Below, piece by piece: positions 1-10,184 of a stretch of 64,000 nucleotides of DNA. Position 1 is the stretch's first letter, and every line of letters begins with the position of its first letter. Made by a program: the position numbers and the translations under genes. Location: positions 1,860,001 to 1,924,000 of the forward strand of contig OU015569.1 of assembly GCA_907165135.1 (NCBI GenBank). Direction: 5' to 3'. The DNA comes from Oikopleura dioica. Lineage: Eukaryota; Animalia; Chordata. Under the pieces are notes generated by a model. The model made no database searches and was not told the DNA's origin. It saw only the letters and a program-made list of their open reading frames with translations.

Positions 1-8
1 AAATATAA

Positions 9-1751
9 ATTCAATTATTTGCCAAAAAGTATCCCATCTCAGTTATTCACGGCCTCAATACGAATCAAGAACGAGACTTTTTTCTTCATCATGATTCCAA
101 GGAAAAAGTCCACGAAGCAAAGAGAAACGAAATCGGAAAAGAAAAACAAATGATCAAAATTCTCCACGGCCGGAATTACGGACATTTGCGAACTCAAAAT
201 CCACAATTCAACTTCAAGTTCCACTTTGTATCCGCCTTCAATCACCGTGCTGGAAGAAAGTCTCCTAATTTCATCACTGAAATTGCAAGAGTACTTTCAT
301 CTTATCCCCATCCAGCAGAGTGGACAATAATCCTTCCAAAATACCAACAAAACATTGGCAATCCGAACTGGCTCGATCACCTGACTGGATTGGAAGGCAA
401 CTATTTAGTCTGCGCAAAAGAAGGAAAACTTGCGGTGGGGAGTGAGCGACGCAAGCATTTTGTCGCCTTAGCTGAGGATTTAGAAGACTTGAAAGAGGAA
501 GACTTAAAAACCTGCGTTGACGATGCTTTTGCGATCAAAACCTCACTCTTGAAAGATTTGTTAGCGGCTAAGAATTACAGCGTTAGTTTGTCGACGGAGA
601 TGTTACTTGACGAAGCGCTTTTTGACGAGAACAAGACCTTTCTCTCCAGTTGGCTCTATTACCGGTCACAGGTAAGGGACTAAAAAATTATCAGATTAGA
701 GGTTCTAGTCGTCAAGTCTCAAAAATTCGGAAACGAAGTTTGTCGATTTCGAAGAGTTACGTCAGAAGTCCTTGCAACATACTCATGCCGTCGGATTCGA
801 AACGAGCCAGAAGCCAAACTGTCTTGTTCGCAAAAACTGATTGAATTCTTCCCGACTAAATCCGACCAGCTCCCCGATATCTATCTCCAGAACGAAAATC
901 AAGCGCGAGAAGTGATACTTCGCCACCCATTAAAATCTTGCAAGGAAAAGAAAAAACTGCTGGTTCTTGTAAAAACGTCTCCAATTGCTAGTCAACGCGC
1001 AATCAGAGACTTTTATCGACAATTTTTCGCAGCATTTTTAGGTGATCAAGAATACAGCTTGGTTTTCGTTATTGGAGCGAAGGGACTTTCGGACTCTTCT
1101 GGGGAGCTAAAAGCCGAAATTGAACTCAACGACGACTTCCTGATCGCCCTCTTCGAAGATAGCTATGAAAGCTTGCCCCACAAAACTTTTGCGACTCTGC
1201 AATATTTGACGGGCGTCTGCAAAGACAAATTCGAGTACTTGCTCTTCATCGACGACGATACCCTTCTGGACCTGGAGCGGATTTCTCAATTTCTTCTTTC
1301 TTCTGATTCCAGCTCGCCTTTCATCCGCTGCCTGCCTGGCAACTATCTATCTCTGGACGCAGCTCCCTACACTGGAAAATACTTTCTTTTCCCGGAAATG
1401 TGGCCGGTCGACTACAAACCGCCGAAATACTGCAACGGACAATGCTCGCTCTGGTCCAAAACAGCTGTAACACGCGTTTTCAAGGAAGCTCTGCGGACCG
1501 ACAGACGAGAATTTAGACTAGAAGACTTCTTCTTCAGCGGAATTCTGCGCGAAAAAGCGCGAGTTCATAATGTCAAGGGGCTCAAATACACGAACAAAGA
1601 CGGAGTTTCCGCTGGCTTGTGTCGACATTTCCCTAAAAATGGATTGGCAGACTTTATAAGCAAGAATTTCGAAGATGATGGCAATAAAACGAGAAAACTG
1701 AAAATAAAGGACGTCAATTTTCTGGATAATGTCTTTCTGGATGCTTTTTAA
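9..1751 (+). CDS. Glycosyltransferase family 31 (beta-1,3-galactosyltransferase-like) with a long unassigned N-terminal region; 5' end probably outside the window
   Basis: ORF 912-1751 has the GT31 motifs LLVLVKTS, FEDSYESLPHKTF, FIDDD, PPKYCNG and LEDFFFSGILR. The frame is open from base 9 through ORF 150-683. A GT-AG intron at 671-711 joins it in frame to the GT31 exon. Confidence 0.75.
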
Positions 1752-1946
1752 TTGCAATTGACTCTTCCTTGATTTCAACTGATCATTAACAATTTAAGAA
1801 AATCGTTGCCAAAAGCGTTATTAGGAGTTATATCGAGCACGTCATTATGAACATATCAATAACTCGAATAAACAATTCTGATCGTTCTATTCTTCTAATT
1901 GCACGAGAGACTTTTCCTCGATTCTATCATTCCCATTCGGCAGAAA

Positions 1947-2797
1947 ATGAGCTACGATGACTCTCTTGAAGAGTGCCAGCACGAGCACGTTTTCGAGCGT
2001 CTTGCAAAGAGATACGTTCAGCCCGGCGCTGATGTCCACGTGGGAGCAGCCGACGGAGAGTATTGCATCAGTGACTTGCGTTATTTTGGATCGCTCAAGA
2101 ACTCGCGCCACGTGATCACGCACTTTTTTGCGGACTTCTTACTCTTGGATTCGGCCTCGTTGTTGTCATCAGGAAGACTTTTCGGTTTGTTTCTGACTTG
2201 AATTGATAAAATAATTTTATCAGGTGGAGTTTCGTGGAATGTCTGTACATTGGCGCTGTCCAAATAAGTGCTTCCGTCGCTATTTTTATGAGGAAAGACA
2301 AGAAGCTTCTTGTAATTATGGTATCAGTGATTTTCTTTTTGAACTGCTTTCTTTGCGGCTCGATTCTTACGAGATTCGCCATTGAACGAGATCGACTTGA
2401 AGGTACTCTTGAAATGAAAAAATCATCATCTCGAAAACATATTTTAGAGATTCGGCATTACCACGCTGATTCACCTGGATTGTGGTCAATAATAGTCTGC
2501 CTTCTCAGGAAATTTGAAAAGCATTTTTGAGAATAATTTTTTTTCTTTTGATATTTTCAATCAAAAGTGCACTCGTGGAAATTGTCCTTGGCTTGTCCTC
2601 TCTAGGAGCATGCTTGCGCTACGCAGATTCGATGGGTGAGCCATTTTATTAAACAAAACGATTAACGATTATTTTCAGACAATCTGCGTTATCGATTGAA
2701 GATTTACCAGCTGGCGACTGAGGTGAACAACATCTCGGAGTTGATCAGTCCGAGCTCCTCGCTCGAGTCCTTTCTCAAAGGAATAGTCGCACACTAA
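1947..2797 (+). CDS. Possible multi-exon gene of unknown function
   Basis: Short ORFs separated by short GT...AG segments, one hydrophobic stretch, and an AATAAA near 3072. No recognisable motif; the exon chain is not fully resolved. Confidence 0.2.
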
Positions 2798-3230
2798 CAA
2801 ACACACTAACACTAGCACGCACTCTATTCATCGATTGTACACTTCAATACAGTCATAATGCCTTCACCAGCATTCGAGAGCTACTGCCAGTCGTCGAAGA
2901 GACTTGGAGCGTCTGGGAGCAACAATAGCACGCCCATCATTTTGGATTCTAATGGCATCCCGATCTCGAAAAACGCTCCTTCAGACACTGAATTTGACAT
3001 GTGACATGTGATATTCACCAGTAATAACTCTCACTGTAACTAACAAATTTTAAACGTCATTGTAATTGTGTAAATAAAGTTTCACAAATCAATGTGCAAA
3101 AAGAATTACTGGGATAGATTGTTGTCTATTCTATTGTCTAAACTTTAGACTCTAAAGTCAATAGAATTAAATTAAGAATCCGGACCTGCGTGACGAAATA
3201 TTGCGCGCACTCTCAGCGGACTCACTTGCG

Positions 3231-3508
3231 ATGGACAAAAAGGGACGAGGTAAGTGTGCGCTTGCTTAAGTGAGTGCGAATTGAGTGTTCAGCGTGTAGA
3301 GGAGAACCGCTCGTGCACAACAGATCAAAGCTAGGTATCGCCGCAACACGAGAACAAGTCATTTTAAGGCGTCGGCCAACGAGGCGGCTTCGGCAACAAC
3401 AATGGCGACTCGGGTGGCGAAGGCGATGAAGAGGATGAGTCGAATCCTCCTTCAATCGGAGACGAGTTTGAACTTGATCTCCAGGAACGGCTCCTGCTAC
3501 TCACTTGA
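3231..3508 (+). CDS. Putative two-exon small acidic/Gly-rich ORF (~52 aa)
   Basis: ATG 3231, donor GTAAGT 3250, acceptor TTTAAG ending 3368, stop 3506-3508. Spliced product MDKKGRGVGQRGGFGNNNGDSGGEGDEEDESNPPSIGDEFELDLQERLLLLT. Confidence 0.3.
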
Positions 3509-3759
3509 AAGATACGTAATACTGCAAAATTCTCCGAGTGAAGCAGCAATCGGAGCCATTTTCAAAGATGGACGATTTGAACGCTGAAATGGAAATAACA
3601 GAAGCGCCGAGTCCAAATGATAACGATTGATTTCCGAAATTGAGAGAATTAATAAAAGCTTGGAAGTTTAATAAACATTAGAAATTTATTTACAGCTCAT
3701 ATAAAATGACAGTTATTAGCATGTTCCAGTAGGTCGAGTTGCTCCATCTAGACAGCATT

Positions 3760-4562
3760 CTAGTCGACCGGAGTGGTAGGGATGACGCTGAAGTCCTTCT
3801 CCGCAGCATTGAACTGGGTCTTCCTTGTTGTCTGCATTTTTGAATGCGCCCGAGATCTTGCTATTTCGGTTTTCGTTTGACTTCGATGACTTTGGAGAAG
3901 AGTTGATAAGCTAAAAACGAGATCATTTTCCTTGCTACATCTTCGCGTTACCTGTTGGATTCCGCAAGTTTCTTGTCTATCGAAGCCATTAAGTTTGTGA
4001 AACCGCGCTTTCCATGAATTCCGAGCAGCGAAAATTTCATTTGCAAAATCAAGATCTAGTCGACAAAGGTCACCCGCACAAGTTCCCACTGGATTTTCTT
4101 AAAAAAAATTAATAATTATTCGTCGATTAATTTAGGCTTACCGCATGTTGCACGTCCTTTGGTGTCGGTGACCCACTCGTACTCGGTATCGGGCGTGCAG
4201 CCGTCGAAATCTCGCTTCAAACATTGATAGCTTTTGAAAAGCTGCATGCAGATTGTGTCGATCTCGTCGACGGGTTCTCCTGTTCCGACCCAGAAGTCAG
4301 ATTTCATTGATTCCATTGTTGGCGTGCAGTAGCAACCGTAATTACGATAACGCTCCTCGCCTCGGACACTCGATCCACGAGCATCGAGATCATCATCATC
4401 ATCGTGATCCTCATCGTCGTGTTCGTGTTCGTGGTCTTCTTCATCTTCGTGCTCGTGGTCTTCCTCATCGTGGTTGCTTCCAGCAGCGGACTTGAGAACG
4501 ACGGGTGTTTCGATAGCGATGAGGTCGATATCGCGGAGGGAAAGCAATCTAAAGACATGCAA
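3760..4562 (-). CDS. Secretory phospholipase A2-like domain protein with a His/Asp/Glu-rich N-terminal tract, probably non-catalytic
   Basis: YRNYGCYC...GTGEPVDEIDTICMQLFKSYQC...C...C is the sPLA2 Ca-loop/cysteine pattern. A GT-AG intron near 4091-4140 joins it to VGTCAGDLCRLDLDFA. The start codon is unresolved. Confidence 0.65.
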
Positions 4563-4679
4563 TCAACGTCACGAAATAAAATTAATATCCTTATCATTTC
4601 ACCATTTTCCCTTCTCTTCTCATTAAAATCGCGCACAATCGCGAATAAATCTAAACTCAGTCTAATTCGAAAAAAAGCA

Positions 4680-4988
4680 ATGGACAGCAGTGGAGACTCT
4701 CCAGTAGAGATCGAGGAGAATCATCATTTGAATGATACTCGTCAAGTTGATGAAAAAGGACCCTTTGATTCTTTTTTACAGACTTTGGCTACGGAAGTTA
4801 CTGTTCAATTCTGGGTTCTCGTGCTCTTTGGGCTAGTCATTTTCGTCGTTGTACTCGGTGAGTTCGATATTTATGGAATTAAAATAACTTTTCATCATTT
4901 AGTTCGATGTGGGGGCTGCTGCTGTTGCCCTCGATCGAGGCGACTTTCTCGTCCTCGGCAGCCTTACAGAATGAATTTCAACTACTAA
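4680..4988 (+). CDS. Small single-pass membrane protein with juxtamembrane Cys cluster
   Basis: MDSSGD...FWVLVLFGLVIFVVVL, then a GTGAG...TTTAG intron (~4859-4901), then VRCGGCCCCPRSRRLSR and a stop at 4988. Confidence 0.45.
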   Translation: MDSSGDSPVEIEENHHLNDTRQVDEKGPFDSFLQTLATEVTVQFWVLVLFGLVIFVVVLGEFDIYGIKITFHHLVRCGGCCCCPRSRRLSRPRQPYRMNFNY

Positions 4989-4994
4989 GTCAAC

Positions 4995-5186
4995 TCAGAA
5001 TCTCAGAAGCAGAATAAACTCTTATATTTCGACTTACTTAGAGGAGAATCGAAGAACGGTAGCAGGCGTCAGGGGAACATAAGGCATCGCCGTGGTCATT
5101 TCAAACTCCTCGAGCTCCAGTTCAGGGTATCCTGGATGGGGATGAGCTCCGGCGAGGACAGCAAGGGTAGCAATAGTTGTTTTCAT
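4995..5186 (-). CDS. Putative small secreted peptide (~51 aa)
   Basis: MKTTIATLAVLAGA (signal-peptide-like) HPHPGYPELELEEFEMTTAMPYVPLTPATVLRFSSK, a 36-nt GTAAGT...GAG intron, then F and stop. Confidence 0.4.
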
Positions 5187-6039
5187 TATAAGTATTTATA
5201 ATCTCTGGAGAAGTTAAAAAAAAGAGTTGGTTTGCCGAATTATTCCCTTTCGGTTGAGTGCTGATTTTCTCAGCTATTAGATTGTTTTTATGCGCTGGCC
5301 AACGTGCGAGAAACAAAACAGATAATGTTCAACAGGTGAGCTGGACATTTTCTGATAACTGACACTCGAGGAAAACATTATGACTTTCTTCAAGTTATGA
5401 AATACGAGATCTATTTGATATTTGGTGAAAGAGGTGAAGATGGACCAGATGAGGTGTCTGAAGCCGGAGAAACTGGTACCAACAATTTGAGAGGCTTCTC
5501 AAAATAATTGAAAGAATATGATTCATATTATATGAATATTTCTTCCGTCTTTTGCGGGTAAGTGCTGATGATTGCGAGATCGAAATTTGGTGAGTTTTTT
5601 TTTTATCTCTATTGAGTGTCTTTTGTAGAGAGGTAAGTTTATATTTGCATTTGCGTTTTGATGACAGGTTTTGTGTAGCTGGTGTGTATCTCCGTGTGAC
5701 GGGAGGGGCTTTCAGTGGAAATGGGGGGTGGAGGAGACTGCTTTCTCTGGATTGACTGCCACTCGCCCGAGAAATGTTTCGAAAGCAACTACCCGTGAAA
5801 ACGAAACTTATGTCTCTTCTGAATCACATTGACCTACAGCCTATTCTACAGTGTCGTTCTGTAATGAGATTTTATTCTCAGAAATTCATTTGGGACTTAT
5901 CATATCTTCGAGGTCCTTTTCCAAAAGCTCCAGCTGATATTTCGCTTGATCAAGATCCTCTTAAAATTCATTTATAAATTTAAGGCACTAAATAAATCAT
6001 AAAACTTCGAAGTTCAAAGATAGAACATCAAACTCACTC

Positions 6040-6340
6040 TTTATCTTTGCTAAGTTTGGCTTGGAATCGTCTCCGCTGCCTTCCGAATTCTCAATTTTCG
6101 GAAGAAGAGCTTCAATTTTCACGACTTTGCCGTCTTCACCCCCATTGTCAAGAGTCGAAAGTTGCAGTTCCAAAATCTCTCCAGATGATTCTCCCGCTGT
6201 TCCTAGATTTGCGCAACTCTCTCTGAATTAAAAAAAAAATAAGAAAAATTAGTTTGGAAACAAATCACTTGCGCTTGTCGGTAGCGAATTCAAGAAGACA
6301 TTCCAGTACGCGTGCTCGTTTTTCTTGAACTTTTTATGCT
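6040..6340 (-). CDS. Two in-frame exons of an unidentified gene
   Basis: EKRARVLECLLEFATDKR, a GT...TTCAG intron, then KESCANLGTAGESSGEILELQLSTLDNGGEDGKVVKIEALLPK, followed by a GTGAG donor. No known motif. Confidence 0.25.
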
Positions 6341-6458
6341 TCTCAATGAGAAGTTCTCATAAAGAATTTCTACTCTGCTCGACAACCTGTGTAGACAACC
6401 TGAGTCAGGGTCTGGAATCAGTTAAATGGACAGCTGCGTATCGTTTTTTCTGTAAAAG

Positions 6459-6503
6459 CGCCTGGTCTGGGACGGTCAAAAATACGCCTGGTTTGGGACG
6501 GTC
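6459..6503. repeat. Two 19-bp direct repeats (CGCCTGGTYTGGGACGGTC) 7 bp apart
   Basis: Copies at 6459-6477 and 6485-6503 differ at one base. Confidence 0.7.
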
Positions 6504-7656
6504 GGGCCGTTTAAAGATCAAAGGCACACGCCCAGGGGTGATTTTTAACTTATTGGAAGCGAAATTGGCGAATAAACGAAACTTCAAAGCGGCTTTTCAT
6601 TCAGACCCTGTTTCAGGTTTTCTTGAGATTAGATCCATCATATGGTCCATGTGTATTTAAATTTTAATCCTCGTGATGATAACCCTATCAAATTAGTTGT
6701 TGAAAATTTACTGCCTCTTGATTTTCAGTATTCTTTTTGAAGCATTTCCTGAAAGACTCTCTGCGGAAATAAACAGCGCTATGAAAAAAATAAGAAGTCC
6801 GATTTGTCCTCTCATTGTGAGTTTTGTCTCTTGTTCAAAAAGGGGATGATCTGGCAGGGCTAATAAGAGGGGGCTCAAATTGGACAATTATATTAGAGAA
6901 GTCGCAGTAATAGAGCCTCATTCGATTTACACTCATACTTTCAAGCGCATTCAAAACTTTTTTCATTGTTAAAAACTTTTTCATTTTTTTGAAAAGAGGA
7001 TTTTTTATAAAGAGCATTAAAATTAAATAACTCAAAAAAAATTAACAATAATTATTTTTGCAGTGAAGAAATCGTTCAATCTCACACGTGACAGAAGTTC
7101 AAACTTTGGGGATGAGATTGAATAGGACGCGAAATCGGAACACGCGTCGTCTCCATTTTTATTGACTCTGACAGCATCTTTTGTATCCTTCCAGAACAAA
7201 TAGATAAGGTTTATTTAACTCCGGGCTAAAATAATCTAAAAACTTGGAGCAGAATCTAGGGCACAGGAAAAATCACGTGCTCATCTAATTCCTGAATTCT
7301 CGGACATAGAAATGGTCGTATTTTCTTCTGGATTCTATTCAGCCTAATTTGCCTTTGGATCTCATTTATCGAGGCGCACTTGACACACAGCAGGGAGCCC
7401 GACTAAGAGTGATAAGAACTAGGCAACCGGCGGCGAAAAGTGTTTTCCAAAGGAAGTGATCTCCTGCCACCATTTAGCCCAGTTTTCTTCTCCACTTCAG
7501 CTTCCGGATCGTTGATGTTTGACGAGCACCACCTGAAATACCTTGGTAGAAAATTTTATCATCGCAGAAGAAAGTTCGTTCTTTTTTTAACTTAAAAGTT
7601 TAAAGAAATTTTCTTAAAGGTTATCAAATAAAGATAAAAAACCAAGCGGTATTTCT

Positions 7657-8011
7657 GGGTAATGGCGGGATCGGGTCTTTATAAAGATTGGGTCTTTTTG
7701 AAAAGACTCATTCCCGCCGTCACCGCGCGGTACCGGCGGGATCGGGTCTTTGTAGAGACTTTCTCAACTTGCCAAGTACAGTTGAAACAAAAAAAAGTTT
7801 AAACTGTTCGATCAATGAGTTCCCTAGAAAATAAGCGCGAAGCGCACGCTCGCTCTGGAAATAGTTTAAAATACCATTTTCACTTATTCTAGGTTCCTCG
7901 AAAAAGACCCAATCTTTTTTTCTCGAAAATAAAAGATCCATTGCTTCAAAAAAAGACCCAGTCTTTGCGCAAAGACCCAATCTTTATAAAGACCCAATCC
8001 CGCCGTCAACC
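7657..8011. mobile_element. 355-bp MITE with 41-bp terminal inverted repeats and 8-bp target-site duplication
   Basis: Left TIR 7657-7697 matches the reverse complement of 7971-8011 at 37/41 positions. GTATTTCT flanks both sides (7649-7656 and 8012-8019). Internal GGGTCTTT/AAAGACCC sub-repeats; no coding capacity. Confidence 0.85.
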
Positions 8012-8534
8012 GTATTTCTAGCAGAGCCTTTCATTAGGCAATTTACTTCTTTAGTCTGCAAACCTCCGAAAATGGGCCAGAATAATAAGCAAGTTTGAAT
8101 TAGAAAATTTAAACTTTGTATTATGAAAACATTCAAGTTAAAAGTATAAAAGCTTGATTTATTCTATATCTTCTGTTATCTTATTCAGCTCTTTAAAAAT
8201 TCTCGAAGAGCGTTAAAATCAGCTATTATATCTAAGTAAATATTTTGGCCGGATTTGAAGGGTAGTTTTTGATTAGCTTGTGGCTTGTAAACACCTTCCA
8301 TTGTAAAGGAGCGGATTAGCGGAGCTGCAAGACCATTTTTGAAGCAACAAGGAGACTATAGGTGGCCAATTGTCCCGATTATTGCGCCGCGCTGCTTCGG
8401 AGCCCCATCTGGAGGTCGGAAATCGAGAAGGGCAAAAGTCCACAAGTCCAAAAATTACAAATCATCAACATAAACTTCTTATCAATTCGAAATTAATTGA
8501 ATTAAAAGCAAGAGACGAGAAAAAACGACGGTCG

Positions 8535-10184
8535 ATGGAGAACTTTAATGCCACTTACGAGCCGGAGCAACTTCTTCACAAATCTGGTGAGGGAGATTTT
8601 TTAGCCAAAGAGAGTCAAGTCGGATTATTTTCATCATTTTCTCTAATATTGAGCTTTCTTTCTTTCTGAACTGATTTTAAGAATCAGTTAGAAAATTCAA
8701 CAAGAAAAATGGCGCTGTTTTTTGTCTAAAGATTCTGAAATTAGTTATAAAAAACTTGTGATATAAAATAATAAATTAAATATTAGTAGGGCTGGATCTC
8801 TCCGAAAGCGGTGGCGAGATGAACCAGTTGGGAGGACACTTCGTGAACGGACGTCCACTGCCAAATCACACTCGAACCAAGGTAAACTGAACTTTTCCAA
8901 GTTGAGTCATTGACGGAATTAATTGTCAGATCGTGGAAATGGCCCGAGAAGGAACGCGTCCATGCGACATCTCGAGACGGCTGCGCGTCAGCCACGGCTG
9001 CGTCTCCAAAATACTTCAACGGTAGTTTTCCTCTACAAATTGTATTCATTTCCGTTACTCGACGCTTAGGTTCAACGAGACTGGCTCAATCCTTCCCGGT
9101 TCTATTGGCGGTTCGAAGCCGCGGGTGACTACTCCGCAGATCGTCAACAAAATCAGAAGCTACAAAAGACTCGATCCAGGTAATTTAAACAATCATAGGA
9201 ATTTTGGTTTCATGAGAGATTAGGATATTTTTGAGTCTTTTCTTTCTTTCCACTTCTACCTCACTTCCGCAATCGCACAATATACCCATCTCGTTCCCAC
9301 TGCCATGAACAAACACGATGGTTTCAATCCTATTTCTCTAAATTAAATAACTTTTTTTTCTAATCAAATTTGAATTAAGGAATGTTTGCCTGGGAAATCA
9401 GAGACCGTTTGATAGAAGACAAGGTGTGCGACGGGAATTCTGCTCCTTCTGTATCTTCCATTTCACGCATTTTGCGCAACAAAATCGGCAACATCTTCTA
9501 CTCCAGGCAGGAAGACGAAGACGAGACACCACCAGCGAAGAGTCAGCGAACTCGTAAAAGAAACCGACCGCAGCAGGACCCTTCTTTTGTTCAAGGTTCC
9601 GGCGAATTTTCGATTCATTTTTCGTAAAACTGATTTAGCAAAACAAGAAAACAAACTCTACTCTCCACCGCCGAGCGTAAATCACCTTCTTGGCGCGAGC
9701 GCTAACTCTACCGGACGTTTCATCGCTGGCAGTCCTGGAAGCTCTCTCTCCGAAACGGTGAGTTATCAATCAGATTAGAAAGAATGCAGTTAGTTTCATT
9801 TCCTTGATCTTGATGTCTAACTTGAACTATTCTTTAGTCTGGATCTTCTACTCCCGGCCAGGTCTTTCCAAAGCAAGAGCCGGATTTATCCGCTCAGATC
9901 TGTCCGATCCCTCTGGAGCACCAAACTGCGTACCCCGCTTATCACCAGCCCTTTCCTTACTACCCAATGCCTTACCAACCGCAGCACCACCACCTCAACG
10001 CGCAACATGGACACCAAAGCGCGAGTTACGAAGCAGCTCATTGCTTCGCGCAAAACCACAAGTTCTTCAATGGCCTTCCGGTAACTACCAAAAGCACGAG
10101 CGAAGAGTGTTAATCATTTTTAAGCTGAATCACTACATCAGTTTCGAGCAACAAAACGACATTATGAACAACACACAGCTCTGA
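8535..10184 (+). CDS. Pax1/9: Paired-box transcription factor Pax1/9
   Basis: Spliced paired domain [21 protein letters not shown]|[31 protein letters not shown]|[22 protein letters not shown]...DPG|[10 protein letters not shown]...[14 protein letters not shown], with Pax1/9-type residues. Octapeptide-like PSVNHLLG; no homeodomain. All modelled introns are GT-AG. Confidence 0.95.
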
